From Octopus bimaculoides (Eukaryota), in the NCBI RefSeq assembly GCF_001194135.2, contig NC_068981.1, positions 110,670,535 through 110,734,534 of the forward strand: a DNA stretch of 64,000 nt. The letters are read 5' to 3'. Under the pieces are notes generated by a model. That model saw only the letters and a list, made by a program, of their open reading frames with translations. It had not been told where the DNA came from and did not search any database. Within the stretch, counting starts at the first letter, position 1; each line of letters begins with the position of its first letter. Below are positions 52,247-64,000 of the stretch, in pieces. Position numbers and translations under genes: made by a program.

Positions 52247-54173
52247 TTGCAATGGGAGGAGTTCAATCTCATAAGAATGGAAAAAGAAACAACAAATGGG
52301 TTGTACCTTATAATGAAACTATTCAAATGCCACTGCAATGTTGAAACCATTGCCTCAGTGAGGTCAATTAAGTACCTCATCAAGTACACGCTGAAAGGAA
52401 ATGACCAATCTACTGTTCAAATAAACAATGATAACGAAATTAGTCAATATCTAACGGGTAGATATTGGGTAATTGGACCATCTGAAGCAATTGTATCCAT
52501 ATTAGGATTTTCAATTCATGAAATAGTACCTGCAATAGTGAGACTGCAAGTTCAAACAGATGAACAAAGAATATTGCTCAGAAATAACGAAGCTATATGA
52601 AAGACATATGAGAACAGCATTGACAGAATTCTTTTCATTCTACATCAATGATGACTTTGCAAAAGCATAACTTTATGCTGAAGTAATCATGTATTTCACT
52701 TGGAACAGTAGTAACAAAGAAAGGGATCTGTTCAGTTTGGCTCATAGATTTTTTAATTATTTTTTTTTAACTAAAGAGTTTGAAACTTCGTATACTGGTG
52801 TAATTTCTCATGCAGAACATGGTTTACTTTGAACATTTTTGGCAAAATTTCGTATGTTTGAAGTTATTTTGTATTAAAGTTGTCATATCTCGGTAATTTT
52901 AACCAATCAATGACGTGTATTCAGTTGAAGAAAGCTACTGCTGTTTGCGATAGTAATTGAAGTGGAACAACTTCCGGGTCATCTCTACTAAATGTCACCA
53001 CTCTGTTTTATTTTATTTTTTGTTTACTGCCTGTGTTGCATATTACATGCTTTTTTTTGTTGGTTCTCACGTCAGAGTAACCAGTAAACATTGAAGTATC
53101 AACATCAAGAAGGAAAAAATATTATTTACAATATTTATTCGTTTACTTGACATTGGTATTTAAGCCGCAGGGCTGAATTTGGGGAAAATTTTGATTTTTT
53201 TCCACACATGAAGTATAGAGCTATGGGCCCACAGCTAGCTTTTTTGTTGTTGATATGTATGTAGTTTCAAAATGCTTTATTTTACAACTATGAGATGTAT
53301 TGTTATAGTTATTTTATCTTACTATATTCAACAACAAAATACATTTCGTCAATATAAAAGTCTTTATTAGATTAAAAATAACATTATCAAAACATGAAGA
53401 ATATTCTTTGTTTATTTCCAGGCACCAATGTACTGTAGCTGTAATCTTTTGCATTGTTCACCAAATGACCATTCCTCTGAAAAAATCAGTGGAATCAGTC
53501 GATCACTATACACAAATCATTTTCCTCCTGAAACTTATAAAAAAGTATACATATTAGGTGCACAACTAAATTTTCCAGGTAAAATAGTGGCTTATACCCC
53601 AGAAAGTATAGTAATTGTAGTGGCAGTGACAAGTTCGCTCACTGGTTGGTAGTTGATAGTGTAGAAGTGTCTGTCTGCAAGTAGAGATGGAAAGAGTAAG
53701 GAATGCATGAGAACAGAGTGGTGACATTTAGTAGAGATGACCCCGAAGTTGTTCTTCGATTACTATAGATTACTATCAATTACTATTACTCGATTACTAT
53801 TGCAAACACCAGTAGCTTTCTTCAACTGAATACACATCGTTGATTGGTTAAAATTACCCAAATACGATAACTTTAACACAAAATAACTTCTAAAATATGA
53901 AATTTTGCTAAAAATGTTCAAAGTAAACTGTGTTCTGTGTGAGAAATTACACCAGTATACAAAGTTTTGAACTGTTTAGTTAGAAAAAAATTTATTAAAA
54001 AGTCTGTGAGCCAAACTGAACAGATCCGAAGAAAGCAAAAAAAAAAAAAAAAAAAAAAGGAAGTTGAAGGCCATTTGAATGTTTTTACAGAAGAACTACT
54101 GGGTTGTGTTTATGTTGTCACACCAAAGACAGGAGAACTGTATTATTTAAGAATTTTATTGCATGAAGTTTGA
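52247..54173 (+). mobile_element. Helitron Rep/Hel fragment, split by a MITE
   Basis: SVRSIKYLIKYTLKGND..EISQYLTGRY..SEA..GFSIHE..PAIVRLQV, then LYAEV.MYFTWN before the MITE and RRK..EG..LLGCVYVVTP..GELYYLRILLHEV after it. Confidence 0.8.
52724..54027. mobile_element. Non-autonomous TIR element, about 285-315-bp TIRs, 8-bp TSD
   Basis: 52724-53007 and 53712-54027 are inverted repeats (GGATCTGTTCAGTTTGGCTCA.. / ..TGAGCCAAACTGAACAGATCC). The flanks are AAAGAAAG and GAAGAAAG. Confidence 0.88.
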
Positions 54174-54302
54174 AATAGTAATTTTTCCTTCGCCACCACA
54201 CATTGTCATTTTCAATGTGGAATGGTTGTGACCCAACATGTCACGGTGGGTACATCTAGTTTATGTATATTTATGTCTTGAAGTATGTATGTATATTTGG
54301 CT

Positions 54303-54600
54303 ATCATCATCATGTTCAACGTTCTTCTTCCATGCTGGCATGGGTTGGACGGTTTGACATGAGCTGGCTAGGCAGAAGACAGCACCATACTTCTTTGTCT
54401 GTTTTGGTATAGTTTTTACAGCTGGATGCCTTTCCCAACACCAACCACCCCGCTGAGTGGCCTGAGTGGATTTTATGTGGCACTCTCACAAGCAAGGTCA
54501 GTTTCGGCATTGTTTTTATAGTTGGATGTCTATACAAATGCCAACCACCTTACAGTGTAGACTGGGTGTTTTTTAAGTGGCACCTGTACTGGCAAGGTCA
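54303..54600 (-). mobile_element. Short element related to the RTE 3' end
   Basis: ATCATCATCATGTTCAACG..CCATGCTGGCATGGGTTGGACG..CAGCTGGATGCC matches the RTE 3' terminus, but no ORF follows. Confidence 0.7.
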
Positions 54601-54790
54601 CCAAGTAACTTTGTAAGATAGGGGAGGGGGCATTGAAAGAGGTGATCTTATGTCAGATGATGAAAGGTTAGTGTGTGACAGAGAGACAAACAACTCTGCT
54701 AGAGAGTTGAAAACCTCAGAATTTAGCTTAGTTTTAGAATACTAATACCATGTGTATGAAATTTTTTGGTTGGACTTGTATTTAGTTCAG

Positions 54791-54900
54791 ATGGAATCCA
54801 AAATGCAGTTAATTGTACCCTGAAGAAGCAGCAAATAACAATAAAATGCACACCAAGAAGCAAAATTTTGCACTGTGCACAAAATGCAGCAGAAACATAT
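54791..54900 (+). CDS. Candidate internal exon of an unidentified host gene
   Basis: Acceptor TTTAGTTCAG and donor GTAGGT, 110 bp, phase 1 to 0. The open frame reads (D)GIQNAVNCTLKKQQITIKCTPRSKILHCAQNAAETY. I recognise no TE similarity. Confidence 0.45.
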
Positions 54901-55180
54901 GTAGGTGCAGAAATGGAAAGACGTGATTCACAGCAGAATAAAACTGGATATATAAATCTCTATTCTCCTTCTTAATTTATTATTTCCTCTCTACCGACAA
55001 CATCCAGTCACTCTAGAGACATGGATTTACCAATGTGAAGATCTGCTGTGGATAGTAAAATAAACTAACTGAAGTTATTTCCCTTTCTCGGTGCTGGACA
55101 ACCACCTGGCTAAAGACAGCAGTCAGCTGACCCTTTTCACAGTCTATACTTTTCAAAGTGACTCTCAGTTGCTGATATTG

Positions 55181-55445
55181 TAAGAAGAAAAACTAGTTTT
55201 AAATCTCTGATGGAGATTTATGTAGTAACAGTACTGGATAGTAAAGTTTATTTGCCAACAGTATGTCTCGGACACTAATTATATGTCGATTAACGAACTG
55301 GAAAAGATGGTTTCGTGGAATTAAAAAGTAGTAACATACTCCTAGTGAGGACTACCACATTATGTGGGCAAATAAACTTTACTATCCAGTACTGTTACTA
55401 TATAGATCTCAATCAGAGATTTTAAGCTTGTTGTTTTTCTCCTTA
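55181..55445. repeat. MITE-like foldback with about 86-bp inverted repeats
   Basis: 55181-55266 pairs with 55358-55445 (core GTAACAGTACTGGATAGTAAAGTTTATTTGCC). TA lies at both ends. Confidence 0.8.
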
Positions 55446-55550
55446 TATATGTGTGTGTGTGTGTATTATAATTTAGAACAAACAGTAAAAGGTTGTCATT
55501 ATAGTACTTGGAGTTTCAAATGTTAGAATACAACACAACAATACGAAGCC

Positions 55551-55955
55551 TGCTGTTCCTGCAGGGATCAAGACTTGTGCCCACTAAATGGAGCCTGTAT
55601 GACCGAAGCCATTATTTATGAAGCCACTGTAAATTCCACAAACGCTGATAATGCAGTTTCATCCAAGAATTATGTGGGTGTCAGAGAGAGAAATTTCAAA
55701 GCAAGATTCAACAATCACACCTTAAGCTTCAGACATTGGAATAAATGAAAGATTTACTGGAAGATCTTAGCCAAGTGGAAACCTTATATCAACAGTAGTG
55801 TCAAGTGGAAACCTTATACCAACAGTAGTGTCAAGTGTGGTCTTTGTAATATGGAAAGATGACTCATCAGGAAAAGTTCCTTACACCCCACTACATGCTT
55901 AAATTCAAGAACTGAACTTTTTGAATCATGTCCACATGTCATAAAATACCTGTTA
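55551..55955 (+). pseudogene. Penelope-like GIY-YIG endonuclease C-terminal remnant (different family)
   Basis: CSCRDQDLCPLNGACMTEAIIYEATV..NYVGV..FKARFNNHTLSF, then PY..VKCGLCNME..LNSRTELFESCPH..YLL. There is a 30-bp tandem duplication near 55772-55832. Confidence 0.8.
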
Positions 55956-56837
55956 TGGTATCCACATTTCTACTATGTTCCTGCACAAGCTTTCCCATGT
56001 GTTTTAATTTCCATTAATTTTTTTATTTTTTATCTTTTATTCTTTATATTTTTTCATGTTTTCCTTTTTCCTTTTTGTGTGAGTGTGTATGTATATATAT
56101 ATATTATATATGCGTGTGTGTATGCGTACGTATATAAGTGTAAGACTGTGTCCGGGGCATATGTGTGTCGTTCATGCACATGCCCCCTTCATTTATACAA
56201 ATATACGTATGTTTGTATATGTGCGGGTGTGGGTTTGTGATGGGAGGGTGTGTGTGTGTATATAAATATATATATATGTATACATATATATATGTGTGTA
56301 TGCAGGAATGCGAATGTATGTTTGTATATAAATATATATATGTATTATGTTACGTGTATGCCTCTAAGCACCTATGCGTATATGAAGATGTGGTTGCGTA
56401 CATATATACATATACATGTCAGCGTGTGTGGATATGCGTGTATGTATGAGTATGTACATACATATATGTTTGTGTGTGGATGCATGTATATATAGATGTT
56501 TGTGTGAGTGTGTACGTATGTAGACATTGTGAACGCAGGGGGTTTATGTCTATATATTGTGAGAGTATGGTTGTGTGTATTTTTAATCTTTTTTCTTTTT
56601 CCACCTATTAGAGTTACTTCCCTTTTATTTAATGGGTATTTTTTGTCATTGTGTCTGTTGCCATGAATAGCTGACGAGAATGTATTGTAGCTCTTCAGTC
56701 CAACATAAATTATCCTCTATTTTTCTAATATTGAAGTCTCATTCTTTTGTTGTTATGTTATATATGTACACATATATATGTACATATATATATGTACACA
56801 TATATATGTACATATATATATGTATACATACATATAT

Positions 56838-59800
56838 ATCATCATCATTGTCATCGTTGTTTAATGTCCACTTTCCTTGCTGGCATGATGTTGGACGTTT
56901 TGACTGAGGACGGTTTGACTGATCTAGCAATGTTTCTACAGCAGGATGCCCTTACTAATGCCAACCATTATGAGAGTGTAGTGGTGCTTTTTACGTGCCA
57001 CTGGTATGAGAGTCAGTCGGGCAGTGCTGGCACCGACCACGCTTGAATGGTGCTTTTTATGTGCCACTGGCATGGGTGTCAAACAGGCGGTACTGTCATC
57101 GGCCACGACAACAACTTCACTTGTCTCAACTGGTCTTTGCAAGCGCAGTTTATTGCCCAATGATTGAAGAGTACTCTTAAATGGGCTGGTTATGCTGCAC
57201 TAGCATAGGCCATGGTTACGGTCTCACTTGGCTTCCTTGTTCTTGAGAAGACCCACAGCATATCTCCAAAGGTCTCAGTCATTTGTCATTGCCTTGGTGA
57301 GGCCCAATGTTCGAAGGCTGTGCTTCACCCCTTCATCCCAGGTCTTCCTAGGTCTACCTCTTCCACAATTTCCACAAGTTCCCTCTATTGCTAGGGTGTG
57401 ACCCTTTGTCACACAGCTGTTCACATCCAATCGTCTCTTTTGCACACCACATCTGATGCTTCTTATGTCCAACTTTTCTCTCAGGGCACTTATACTCTGT
57501 TGTGTATGCACACTGACATTACACATCCAGTGGAGTCTACTAGCTTCATTCTTTGCAAGCTTTCGCATGTCCTCAGCAGTATTGGCCCAATGTTTCACTG
57601 CCATGTAGCATGGCTATTCACATACATGCGTCATACAGTCTACCTTTTTTCTGTGAGTGAAAGGTCCTTTGTCACCAGCAGAGGTAGGAGCTCTCTGAAT
57701 TTTGCCCAGGTTATTCTTATTCTAGCAGCTACACTCTCAGAGCATTCACTATTGCTACTGACTTGATCACCTAGCTAATGGAAGCTATCAACCAATTGTA
57801 GTTTTTCCCCCTGGAATGTGATGGACGCTGTTTTCTGCACATTTTCAGTGTTGATTGCCCCTGAGCATTTGCCGAACAGAAAAACTATCTTCCCAGTTAG
57901 CCTTGATATTGCTGCACCTCATATGTATCCATAGTTTACACTGGGTACATCTTATGGAGTTTCTACCTACACCTTTTCTACAGATTGAGCAGGGCCATCT
58001 ACCTGAAGGTTTTTGTGATTTGTCTGCCTTCCTACTTAAGGTTTTTGTTAGATTGACTCTAAGGCCCTTCGATTCTCGGCCTTGCTTCCACACCAGAAAC
58101 TTCTCTAGTTCTGATAGTGACTCAGCTATTAGAGCAAGGTTATCAGCATAGGGAAGCTCCCAGGTGCAACCTATCTTGAATTCCTGTTATTGCCTGGAGG
58201 ACTATGATGAATAAGCAGGGGCTGAAGACTGATCCTTGGTGGACCTCTACCCCTACCCAGAATTCTTCACTGTACTCGTTGCCAACCCTTACCTTACTGA
58301 CTGCATCCCTGTACATGGCTTGTACAGCTCTCACTAACCAATCATCTATCCCTAGTTTCCATATTGATCGCCAGATAAGGGATCAGGGGACCCTGTTAAA
58401 AGCTTTTTCCATGTCAACGAAAGCCTGGTACAGAGTTTTATCTTTGGCTAGGTATTTCTCCTGCAACTGTCTTACCAGAAATATAGCATCAGTGGTGCTT
58501 TTCAATTGCACAAATCCAACATTCATCTCATCTAAACTGACTCTCTCCTTAATTAGTGACTTTCATTACCTGATCCAACAACTTGATACCTCTGTCATTA
58601 TTTGTATCTAAAGCGTCACCTTTACCTTTGTAGAAGTTGACTATGGTGCTGCTACACCAGTCATTGGGTATGACTCATTCATGTATCACCTGATAGACTA
58701 TATGGGTGACTACATTATAGCCGACACTGCTAGATATTTTAAGCATCTCTGTGGTAATTCCCGATGGGCCGGGGGCTTTCTCTGTTTTGAAATCCTTAAT
58801 TGCTTTATCTCCCAAGGTACTGTCAATTTGGATAGCTGTTCTTTGTTGGGTCAACATTCAGCAGACTCTCTTTCTCCCATTCATTCTCTTCATTTACCAA
58901 CCTTTCATAGTGGCATCTCCAAGTCTCTGTCTTTACAGCCTCATTAAATGCATGTGAGCCATCATCCATGCAAACACATTTCTCTCCTATGACATCATGA
59001 TTCTCTTTCACACTCTGTCTTGCAACATGAAACACTTCAAGTCTTTGGTCCTCACAATGCGGAACATTGCAAACTTTTTTTTATCTGCTTCCCCTTGGCT
59101 AAGTAAACCAGTAGTTATTTGTATCTATGCCCTTCTGACAATTTGATACAATTCACTGCTACCACCGTTCTTCCAGTCCTTCCATGTCTGTTTCTTTTCC
59201 ACCACCACATTACCTTGGGTCGAGAGGGGACTTTGCACCATCCACAGATCTGGTCAGAAACCCTCAGCAGGTTGTCCCGTAGAAACCTCCAGTTGTCTTC
59301 CACATCATGTGATGCTATATGTGCCTCTATTTGTCAAAAGCTATGAGTAATACATCTCTAAATCTCTATCTATTTGCATAGTCCTTAAGCTTCCAGACCC
59401 TTTTCCTCCATGCTGGTCTTCTGGGCATCCATGTAGCCCTGATTCTGAAGTTGCTAACTACTAATCTATGTTGTGGGGTGCATTATTCACCTGGGAAGGT
59501 TTTGGCATTTATAAATGCCCATCTTTCCCATTTCTTGGTGAGATGTAATCAGTTTGACTTGTGTGTCCACCAGACCAGTAGGTGAATAGGTGACTGGCAG
59601 GTTTCCTGAAGTTAGTATTGCAAATCATGAGATCATTTCCATCGCAGAACTCCAGCAGCCTGGTTCCCTTCTCATTACGAGAACCAAGACTCTATCCTCC
59701 ATGTATGCAATGGAAGCCTCCTGCATGTTGTCCAACATGCCCATTGAAGTCACCAGCCACAAAGAGAAGGTCCCTGTCATTTGCCGACAAGGTAGTCTGC

Positions 59801-60290
59801 AAGAAGGTGTCATAAAATCTGTCTTTCTGTTCATCAGTTATCTCTGGCTGAAGGGCATAGGCCGAAACAATGGTTGCTAACCCATGTTGTAGCACTAATC
59901 TAATCTTAAGTATTCTATCACAGACTCTGACTACCTCTATTACCTTATCAACCCATTTCTCCGCAAGAAGTATACCCATGCCCCCAACCCTGTCAGGGTT
60001 CTCTGCCCAGAAAATTTTATACCGATGTTGTTTGCCTGTGAGGAACCTAGCAGAACTTCCTCTTCACCTTACTTCTTGGATGCAGCACAGATCTACACAT
60101 ATCTATTCAATCATCTCAACCATCTCACCAGACCTACCTTTCAGTGTGCCAACATTAAGTGTGCCAACATTAAGTGTGCCAACTCTGAGGGTCTGGAAGG
60201 TGTGGGCCTGTGAGACCTTGGGATGGGGAACAGCAGTGTCATGTGAGTTCAGCTATAATGATTGTTTTAGTGCTCCTGGATAGCAGGACA
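56838..60290 (-). mobile_element. RTE LINE (PHD-RT family) copy 4, near full length, decayed
   Basis: LRVGTLNVGTL, GILLAEKWVDKV, IVSAYALQP, VAGDFNGHVG, KTEKAPGPSG and VHQGSVFSP, plus the 3' UTR repeats and a degenerate (GAT)n tail. Confidence 0.9.
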
Positions 60291-60399
60291 GGAACATCTC
60301 TGATTTGAGCTTTGTTACTGTCATCTCTTCTAGAAAGATGAGCCTATCCTTCAGATCAATTTGAACTTTTGAGTCAGAGGTTTAATGCAAAATAGAAAA

Positions 60400-61690
60400 T
60401 GGATCCCCCACAGTTGCTTTTGCCTTAGGATCCTTATCACCTTCCCATAGAATCTGATACCAGCTGATGATACCTGCTGACCTTAACTTTCTATAGTTCT
60501 GCACACTTGACAATATCTGTAAGGACCTTGTCATACCCCGACTTCTATCAGTTTTCCCTTAGTGCCCTAGGCCGTTCAGTTAAAATGTGCTTTAGACTGC
60601 AAAGATTTGCTTCACTCTGCTTACAAAGTAGGTTTTCCTGTTTGGTCCAGATTTGTAGGTTATCTGAGGTTAGCAAGAGGTCAGCAACAGCACACAGAAG
60701 GAACGACAATTTTTCTTAGTCAGTACTCCAGAATTTCCTCTAGGACACTTATGTGCCTGTTCCTGCTGTATCTAATATTCTGGCTGGGCAAATCTTACCT
60801 TTTCAATATGGTTTTCTCTGTTGAATCTCAAATCATTTTCTCTATGAACTCTGTCTTGTCCCTGGAATTGATATTTCTCCACTTTCTGGTGCTGTAGTTA
60901 CCAAGCATTAGCTATCCTTGACCAACTATTTCAACGATCTCTTGAGGTTTCCAAAAGATTGTTTGTTCCGCGTCCTACACAGCTCTCTGAAGATTCCACT
61001 TCCTGCATCCTTTATGGTCTTGTTTGCATGTCTGACTCTCTCATATTCAGATAGTAGCAATGTACTGACTGCTCCTTCCTTGGTGACTTTGAATTCTTCC
61101 ACTACTGATGGAATTGATAAATGGAACTTAGAGGTCTTGCTGTACTGGTTGACTGATTTGAAAAATGGTGAAGCACTAGCCACCTTTGCATGAATTTGCT
61201 GCACAAACTCTTCATTATCTACACCTGGGGCATGGTGAGGTCAAACAGTAAAGATTGTCCACTACAATTTATCTATGGGGCTATACTAGAAGCATCTCAC
61301 TTTAAACCTCTCAAGCAAGTGGTTTTTGTCAAATGCCTGAGCCAATTGTTTAGTAGGGTCTTAATGTCTTTGGTATTGCTATTGTTCTCTGGTGCACTGC
61401 CATAATTCTTCCTAAGACATTAGCTACCTTTTTCCTGAATTAATAATAATAATAATCATCCTGCCTTGACACCTAATTCTGAGAGGAGGACTAGTAGGAA
61501 GACTAGTCACTGATGAATGAAGATGAGCAACAGTTTTCCTTTCAGCATATTCAGGTTCTGAGACTTCTCTGGAATGAATTTCACATGTATCTATGTGACC
61601 ATCTTTTCCAGTGAGGTCATGGTCTGCCATATTTTTTGGATCGATACAGTTATGTCTATTCTGTCATCCATGAAAGTTCTGCAAAACAAG
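60400..61690 (-). pseudogene. HERO-like RLE non-LTR retrotransposon remnant
   Basis: FMDD at 61663-61674, VKFIPEKS, IPSVVEEFKVTK, GCRKW..QEIV..GQG..LG, and LSFLLCAVADLL..DNLQIW..C..LKHIL..ALRE..YDKVL. Confidence 0.7.
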
Positions 61691-61857
61691 TGTACATGTG
61701 CATATATTTGTGTAAGTGTGTATATGTGTATGTGTGTATCCATCCATCCATTCAAAATCACCTACTCGTTCATTTATTCCTGATTATGGAAATAAAGAAT
61801 TATTCTGTTGTAACTGATTTATTGAGAATAGCTTTAATATCTTTCTGGACTTTACAG

Positions 61858-62030
61858 ATCCACAAAATACATGCTTGATTGCTAATGGTACCAAATCTGG
61901 ATTAATTGGATGGTGGGCAGGTCTCAGTGCAGCACTGACAAATGTGAATCAGTGTAGAGTAGAAGACCAACCTGCTGGACTACATTGGCTCAAATATCAA
62001 AATCCCTTGAACCCGAATTATCCAGACCAA
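61858..62030 (+). CDS. Candidate internal exon of an unidentified host gene
   Basis: Acceptor CTTTCTGGACTTTACAG and donor GTAAGT, 173 bp, phase 1 to 0. It is GC-richer than its flanks and has a single open frame: (D)PQNTCLIANGTKSGLIGWWAGLSAALTNVNQCRVEDQPAGLHWLKYQNPLNPNYPDQ. Confidence 0.65.
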
Positions 62031-62227
62031 GTAAGTTATTTTACTTCTCATTTATTTAGAGAAATAGGTTAATGTAATAGAGTTAATTCATTGATTCTGA
62101 ACAAGACAGCTTCCTCTCCAATTCATTCATTTGAATCTAACAACACAGAAATGTGAAAATTATTACACAGCTGATGTCTTCTGTTTTAATGTAGGATACA
62201 GTCTACCATTCATTATATACATATAAA

Positions 62228-62777
62228 CAGTAATGCCTTGAGACACGAGTTAATTTGTTCCTGGAGACTGCTCATAAAGTAGAGCAATAATTTTCCATAG
62301 TAATGTTATAGACCATAATTCATTCCCAGAAAAATATTTCACCTATAAAATTTATAATACTTGTAAATAAATGGTAATAAAACAACAGTAGAATGTAAAG
62401 AACATTTTATGTAAAGTAAAAAGAATGTGATGATCATTTATAATAAAATATATTATTATTATAGTCGTTTTCTGAATTACTTTCACTCACACTAGACACA
62501 TGCACACCATCACTTGTAGACTTGATCACTAATTCACAAGCACTTGTAGATGAACTTGTAAATTTCTTTTTAAAAAACAAGTCTACAGTTGTTTCCTTAG
62601 AAAATATTTTCGCTCCTTATAAATTTTTCAGCAACACAGAAGCTTTTGATATGGTAGTAGAAACTTTTGCACTTTGTTCACGAAATGGCTGTTTAATATT
62701 TTTATTGTTATTATAAAAATAAAACTCATAAACCCAGGTTCTCATAAAGTAGGTCCTCATAAAGTGAGGTATAACTG
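62228..62777. mobile_element. Possible Tigger/pogo-like non-autonomous element
   Basis: Imperfect TIRs CAGTAATGCCTTGAGACACGAG and CTCATAAAGTGAGGTATAACTG, followed by TA. Confidence 0.4.
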
Positions 62778-63481
62778 TATATAACAAAAATATGGATAGA
62801 GAAAATCACATCTTTAATCGTTGAATTTACCATACAAAGCTGATGATTGTTTGTGCTGCATCAACATATGTAGATACAGAATATATCATTCAAATTAATA
62901 TATATGAAAATACATGTTAACACAATGTTTTCAAAATGATCCAAAATTAGTTCATTTCAACGAGAACTAAGAAAATATCTCCAGTATATGAATGCATACA
63001 AAAAGAGCATTAAGAAGAAATATAATCTAAGAGAAGCTATTTTTATATTCAACTCTTGGTGACATCAGTGGATAATGAAAAAATATAAAATAAACGTGAA
63101 TTCTATGTTATGACAATTAAAAATATACAGATTGTACATCATGGCAATTAGTTGTCTATTTATTAAACTTTTGGTGAAAAGTTATGCATATATAATATAT
63201 GAAGAGCATTTATAATTAAGAATTGAAATATTTAAATGCCTTCTGAAATTTGTGACAATATTCCAATGTAAAATTACCATTAGGATTTAATGTTATTAAT
63301 TTAGAAGTGATTATATGATACATTTCTTCAAGTAGAATTGCCAGTATTTTATTATGTAACTAATAATGGACCTCTTGAAATCATACTTAATGTTCCTGTC
63401 TTTTTAAATCCCAAATGCATTTACTAAGATTTGTAGAATTACCTTTTCTTCTTCTGTCATTATATTATTATTATTACGAAT

Positions 63482-63690
63482 AAAAATGCTTAGTGGCATT
63501 TCATCTGTCTTTACGTTCTGAGTTCAAATTCCGCCGAAGTCGACTTTGCCTTTCATCCTTTCAGGGTCGATAAATAAAGTACTAGTGAAACACCGGGGTT
63601 GATATAATCAACTTGTTCCCCCCCCACCACCACCACCACAAAAAATTTTCAGGCTTTGTGTCTTCAGTGGAAAGGATTATTATTATTATG
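63482..63690 (+). mobile_element. SINE family B, 5'-truncated, (ATT)n tail
   Basis: GAGTTCAAATTCCGCC..GCCTTTCATCCTTTCAGGGTCGATAAATAAAGTAC..GGATTATTATT. Confidence 0.82.
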
Positions 63691-63720
63691 ACTGAAAATG
63701 ATTATGAAATCTAGATTTCC

Positions 63721-63840
63721 CCACATGACCATACCAGCGCAATCGTCTCTCTTGCACACCACAACTGATGCTTCTTAGGTTCAACTTTTCTCTCAAGGTA
63801 CTTACGCTCTGTCGAGTATGCACACTGACGTTACACATCC
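63721..63840 (-). mobile_element. Isolated 120-bp internal fragment of the PHD-RT RTE
   Basis: It is nearly identical to about 40160-40279. Confidence 0.85.
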
Positions 63841-64000
63841 AAATTTCCAAATTGTAGCAAATTGTAATAGTACTTATGATCTCCTGTTATTACCTTACAT
63901 TGATACACTATTTTTCCTTAAACACTGATTTTCTAAAGAACAGACAATTTTGTTTTTCCAATTATAATTTTTATTCACTATAATCCCCTCCTTCTCCCTC

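Noticed and set aside
53428-53652. 74-aa ORF inside the TIR element as a transposase or captured gene
   Set aside because: It has no DDE or other recognisable motif.

Overview
This is a eukaryotic, AT-rich, microsatellite-dense and gap-ridden scaffold. The repeat complement suggests a cephalopod such as Octopus, but that is inference only. Most of the window is decayed mobile DNA: two RTE LINE families (one BovB-like copy, plus four copies of a family with a PHD-like zinc finger inside the RT), R4/Dong-like and HERO-like RLE retrotransposons, two Penelope-like elements, mariners, hAT and Helitron remnants, MITEs and three tRNA-derived SINE families. Host coding sequence is limited to two candidate + strand exons (54791-54900, 61858-62030) of an unidentified Cys-containing protein. 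The best leads are: (1) a tRNA-headed SINE carrying a minimal Penelope-type hammerhead ribozyme, present as a head-to-head inverted dimer (28532-29018); (2) a half-visible hammerhead downstream of the Neptune-like Penelope ORF; (3) an R4/Dong-like LINE apparently inserted into a (CATA)n microsatellite; (4) the PHD-like finger within the RTE reverse transcriptase. There is no CRISPR array, rRNA or true tRNA gene. All analysis was by eye and many boundaries are approximate.
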